Below are positions 60,999 to 64,000 of a stretch of DNA of 64,000 nt, one piece after another. The stretch is from an uncultured delta proteobacterium (lineage in GTDB: Bacteria > Desulfobacterota > Binatia > Binatales > Binataceae). Within the stretch, counting starts at the first letter, position 1. Each line of letters opens with the position of its first letter. The stretch covers positions 2,176,001 to 2,240,000 of the forward strand of contig CAWJET010000001.1 of assembly GCA_963842085.1 (NCBI GenBank). The letters run 5' to 3'. The notes below the pieces were generated by a model. That model worked only from the letters and a program-made list of their open reading frames with translations. It was not told the origin of the DNA and did no database searches. Both the position numbers and the translations under genes were made by a program.

Positions 60999-61649
60999 AT
61001 GTCGTCTCTACGAGAAGAGCGGAGCGCCGAGACTCGGCGGCGGTTGCTTGATGCTACCGTGGCCTGCCTTTTCGAGCGTGGATACGCGGGCACGACAACG
61101 ACCGAGATAGCTATCCGCGCGGGAGTGTCGCGCGGCGCGCAGTTGCACCATTTTCCGAAGAAAGACGAGCTGGTGGTGAGCGCGCTCGAGCATGTGTTCG
61201 AGCTGCGGCTGAACGAGATGAGCGCCGCGATCGCGGAGCCGCCGCCGGGCAGCCGGGAGCATCGGCTGGCCGTTCTGATCGACGCGATGTGGCCGATGTT
61301 CAAAGGGCCGACATTCTATGCGTGGCTGGAACTGGTGGTCGCCAGCCGCACCGATCCTGCGTTGAACGACGCGGTGCGCGCGGCCAGCATGCGATTCGGC
61401 GAGGGATTTCGCGCCGGCCTCGGTGCACTGCTCGATTGGCCCGCCGATCGCGAAGACCAGCTTCACGACCTGGTCGGCATCGTCGCCGGACAACTCGAGG
61501 CGCTGGCACTCGAGCGGGTGTTGTTTGCGCCCGGCGAGATCGATCCGCCGGAGTTCGTGCGCGGCCTGGAGACGGTCAAACGGGTCGGGGCCGCGATAGT
61601 GCGCGAGCTGGATTCATCGGAACCAATCGAGAAACGAGAGGTGATCTGA
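60999..61649 (+). CDS. TetR family transcriptional regulator
   Basis: RGYAGTTTTEIA-RAGVSRGAQLHHF. Confidence 0.92.
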   Translation: MSSLREERSAETRRRLLDATVACLFERGYAGTTTTEIAIRAGVSRGAQLHHFPKKDELVVSALEHVFELRLNEMSAAIAEPPPGSREHRLAVLIDAMWPMFKGPTFYAWLELVVASRTDPALNDAVRAASMRFGEGFRAGLGALLDWPADREDQLHDLVGIVAGQLEALALERVLFAPGEIDPPEFVRGLETVKRVGAAIVRELDSSEPIEKREVI

Positions 61650-61651
61650 CA

Positions 61652-62872
61652 ATGAGCGAGGCAATCGAGACTCAGGCGTCGCAGGATTTCTACTTCAATC
61701 CGTGGGACGAGAATTTCCGCGCCAATCCCTATCCGCATTATCGCCCGCTGCTGGCGGGACCGCCGCGAATTCTCGACATGGGCTACAAATTCGCACTCGC
61801 CGCGCGCTACGCCGATGTGCGGGCCGTCCTGATGGACCATGGAACATTTTCGAGCGTGCAACCCGCCGGTATGGGATTCGACGAGCAAGCGAAAGCGTTC
61901 GGCGATGCGCCGACGATGCTCGGTTCCGATCCGCCGACGCAAACCCGGCTGCGGCGGCTGGTCTCGCGCGATTTCACGCCGCGGCGAATCCGCGAGCTCG
62001 AACCGCGCATCCGCGAGATCGCGAAAAATCTCATCGACGCTGCAGAGCGCAAGGGCGAGTTCGACGTGATGGCGGACCTCGCCAATCCCCTGCCGGTGAT
62101 GGTGATCAGTGATTTGCTCGGCGTGCCGCCAACGGAATACCGCCAATTCAAGCAATGGTCGGACAAGATTGTAGAGGCGGACAACACGCTACCCGGGATG
62201 CCGATACCCGACGACATCAAAAGCGCGTTCACTGAATTGAAGGCATACTTTGCCGAAGAGATTGTCCGCCGCCGCAAGAATCCCGGCACTGACCTGGTGA
62301 GCGCTCTCGTCGCGGCGCACGACGAGGCCGAAGCGCTGAGCGCCGACGAGCTGCTGCAGTTCGTCGTGCTGTTGCTGCTCGCCGGCAACGAGACGACGAC
62401 AAACCTGATCGGCAACGGGATGCTCGCGCTGGGACGCAATCCCGGCGCGATGGCGACGCTGCGCTCGAAGCCCGAGCTGATGCGCGGTGCGATTGAGGAG
62501 ATGCTGCGGTACGACGGACCGGTGCAAGCTACGTTCCGCACGGCGACCAAGGACACGACGGTCGGCGGGACGCCGATAGGGTCGGGGACCGGCGTGTTCG
62601 TGATCATCGCGGCGGCCAATCGGGATCCGGCGCAGTTCAGGGAACCCGAGAAGTTCGACATCACGCGCGAACCGAACGAGCATCTGGCGTTCGGCGAGGG
62701 AATCCACTTTTGTATCGGTGCGCCGCTGGCGCGGCTGGAAGGATCGATCGCGATTGGCGCTGCGCTCGAACGATTCCCGCATCTTCGCCTGAAAAATCCC
62801 GACGCCGCACTGACCTACAAGGGCTCCTACTTCCTGCGCGGGCTCAGCCGTCTCGAGATGGCGCTCACGTGA
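61652..62872 (+). CDS. Cytochrome P450
   Basis: AGNETT, EMLR (ExxR), FGEGIHFCIG haem motif. Confidence 0.96.
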   Translation: MSEAIETQASQDFYFNPWDENFRANPYPHYRPLLAGPPRILDMGYKFALAARYADVRAVLMDHGTFSSVQPAGMGFDEQAKAFGDAPTMLGSDPPTQTRLRRLVSRDFTPRRIRELEPRIREIAKNLIDAAERKGEFDVMADLANPLPVMVISDLLGVPPTEYRQFKQWSDKIVEADNTLPGMPIPDDIKSAFTELKAYFAEEIVRRRKNPGTDLVSALVAAHDEAEALSADELLQFVVLLLLAGNETTTNLIGNGMLALGRNPGAMATLRSKPELMRGAIEEMLRYDGPVQATFRTATKDTTVGGTPIGSGTGVFVIIAAANRDPAQFREPEKFDITREPNEHLAFGEGIHFCIGAPLARLEGSIAIGAALERFPHLRLKNPDAALTYKGSYFLRGLSRLEMALT

Positions 62873-62949
62873 CATCGCTTGACTGCGTGCAGTCGCATCG
62901 ATGCATGTCCGCGGGGTGAAAACACGCGCGGTGGCATAGGCCCGTGCGG

Positions 62950-62965
62950 TGGCATTGCGATTGCA
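62950..62965 (+). promoter_or_regulatory. Putative sigma-54 promoter for the second P450
   Basis: TGGCATTGCGATTGCA = near-consensus GG-N10-GC. Confidence 0.6.
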
Positions 62966-63032
62966 TCGTAGTGCGCGCAGCGCGGGCGATGCGGCTTGGC
63001 AAACTAAAATCTACGAAAGAGGAGCTCTCACA

Positions 63033-64000
63033 ATGAACCAGGCCGCAGAAAATATCTACTTCAACCCGTGGGATCCCGCGTTTCGCGCCAATCCGTATCC
63101 GCATTACAAGCCACTGCTGGCCGGCCCGCCCCGTATCCTCGATTTGTTCGGGCCGACCGCGATGGTCACTCGCTATGCTGACGTCACGACGGTGCTGCGC
63201 GACCATGCGCACTTTTCAAGCGTGCGGCCGCGCGATCCTTCCGAGCCGCCGAACGAGGGACCGTTTGCCGGCGCGCGCACGGTACTGTTTTCCGATCCGC
63301 CAATGCATACGCGGCTGCGCCGCCTGATCTCGCGTGATTTCACGCCGCGGCGAATCCGCGACCTCGAGCCGCGCATCCGCGAGATCGCGAAAAATCTTAT
63401 CGACGCCGCGGAGCGCAAGGGCGAGCTGGAAGTGATGAGCGGGGTTGCCAACGCGCTGCCGGTGATGGTTATCGCGGAAATGCTTGGCGTGCCGCCGGAC
63501 CATTACGAACAGTTCAAGCACTGGTCCGATACGGTGGTCGCGGGCGACAACACTTTGCCCGGGACTCCGCTGCCGGATGAATTTCATGCGGCGACCAAAG
63601 CGCTGCGCAGCTATTTCGCCGGCGAGATCGAGCGGCGCCGGATGAATCCCGGCGGTGACCTGATAAGCGCGCTGGTCGCGGCGCACGACGACGCGGAAGC
63701 GATGAACGCCGACGAATTGCTCGCGTTCGTGCTGCTCCTGCTGCTGGCCGGCAACGAGACCACCACCAATCTGATCGGCAACGGGATGCTTGCGCTCGGG
63801 CGCAATCCAGCGCAGATGAATCTGCTCCGGCAGAGCCCCGAACTGATGCCGCGGGCGATCGAAGAGATCCTGCGTTACGACGGACCGGTGCAGTCCACCA
63901 TCCGCTTCACCAAGGAAGATATAAATCTCAGCGGGACCGAGCTGCCGGCCAATCTCGGATGCTTCATAATCCTCGCCGCGGCCAATCGCGACCCGGCGCA
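63033..64000 (+). CDS. Cytochrome P450, paralog of the upstream gene (runs off window)
   Basis: Manual translation MNQAAENIYFNPWD...SDPP...AGNETT...EILRYDGPVQ; GAGGAG RBS; absent from the ORF track because no stop lies in the window. Confidence 0.93.
   Translation, partial: MNQAAENIYFNPWDPAFRANPYPHYKPLLAGPPRILDLFGPTAMVTRYADVTTVLRDHAHFSSVRPRDPSEPPNEGPFAGARTVLFSDPPMHTRLRRLISRDFTPRRIRDLEPRIREIAKNLIDAAERKGELEVMSGVANALPVMVIAEMLGVPPDHYEQFKHWSDTVVAGDNTLPGTPLPDEFHAATKALRSYFAGEIERRRMNPGGDLISALVAAHDDAEAMNADELLAFVLLLLLAGNETTTNLIGNGMLALGRNPAQMNLLRQSPELMPRAIEEILRYDGPVQSTIRFTKEDINLSGTELPANLGCFIILAAANRDPA

Noticed and set aside
61289-61651. Apparent 121-aa N-terminal extension of the P450
   Set aside because: Overlaps tetR in another frame; the paralog and the RBS support a start at 61652

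Overview
GC-rich bacterial chromosome segment. The deltaproteobacterial-style bactofilin-atpF'FHAGDC order, many F420-dependent enzymes and STAND cyclases fit a Ca. Binatota-like organism (inference). Core genes lie at both ends: larC, queE, a nitronate monooxygenase-family gene and tRNA-Ser(GGA) on the left; the ATP synthase operon, miaB and TetR-P450 genes on the right. Between tRNA-Ser and atpC (~2.5-47 kb) is an accessory mosaic with IS scars and no intact integrase. It holds (i) an envelope/osmotic-stress module (Spy, BON x3, CsbD, cardiolipin synthase, OmpA) with sigma-54-type promoters and a shared palindrome; (ii) F420/SDR redox genes; (iii) a sigma-54-controlled lipid-type biosynthetic cluster (ferritin-like desaturase, type III PKS, FAD oxidoreductase, ABC exporter, haem-c lipoprotein, HpnO-like aminotransferase, YceI, plus divergent HK, bEBP and MlaA); (iv) a TetR-bphA1A2BC-like aromatic dioxygenase cassette between two halves of a broken transposase; and (v) a head-to-head pair of STAND NTPases with homologous TPR sensors but different outputs (cyclase vs OmpR-type wHTH), with an 11-bp-period triple repeat between them. 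Items (iii) and (v) are the best candidates for an undescribed system. Product calls come from motif recognition only; no database searches were run.
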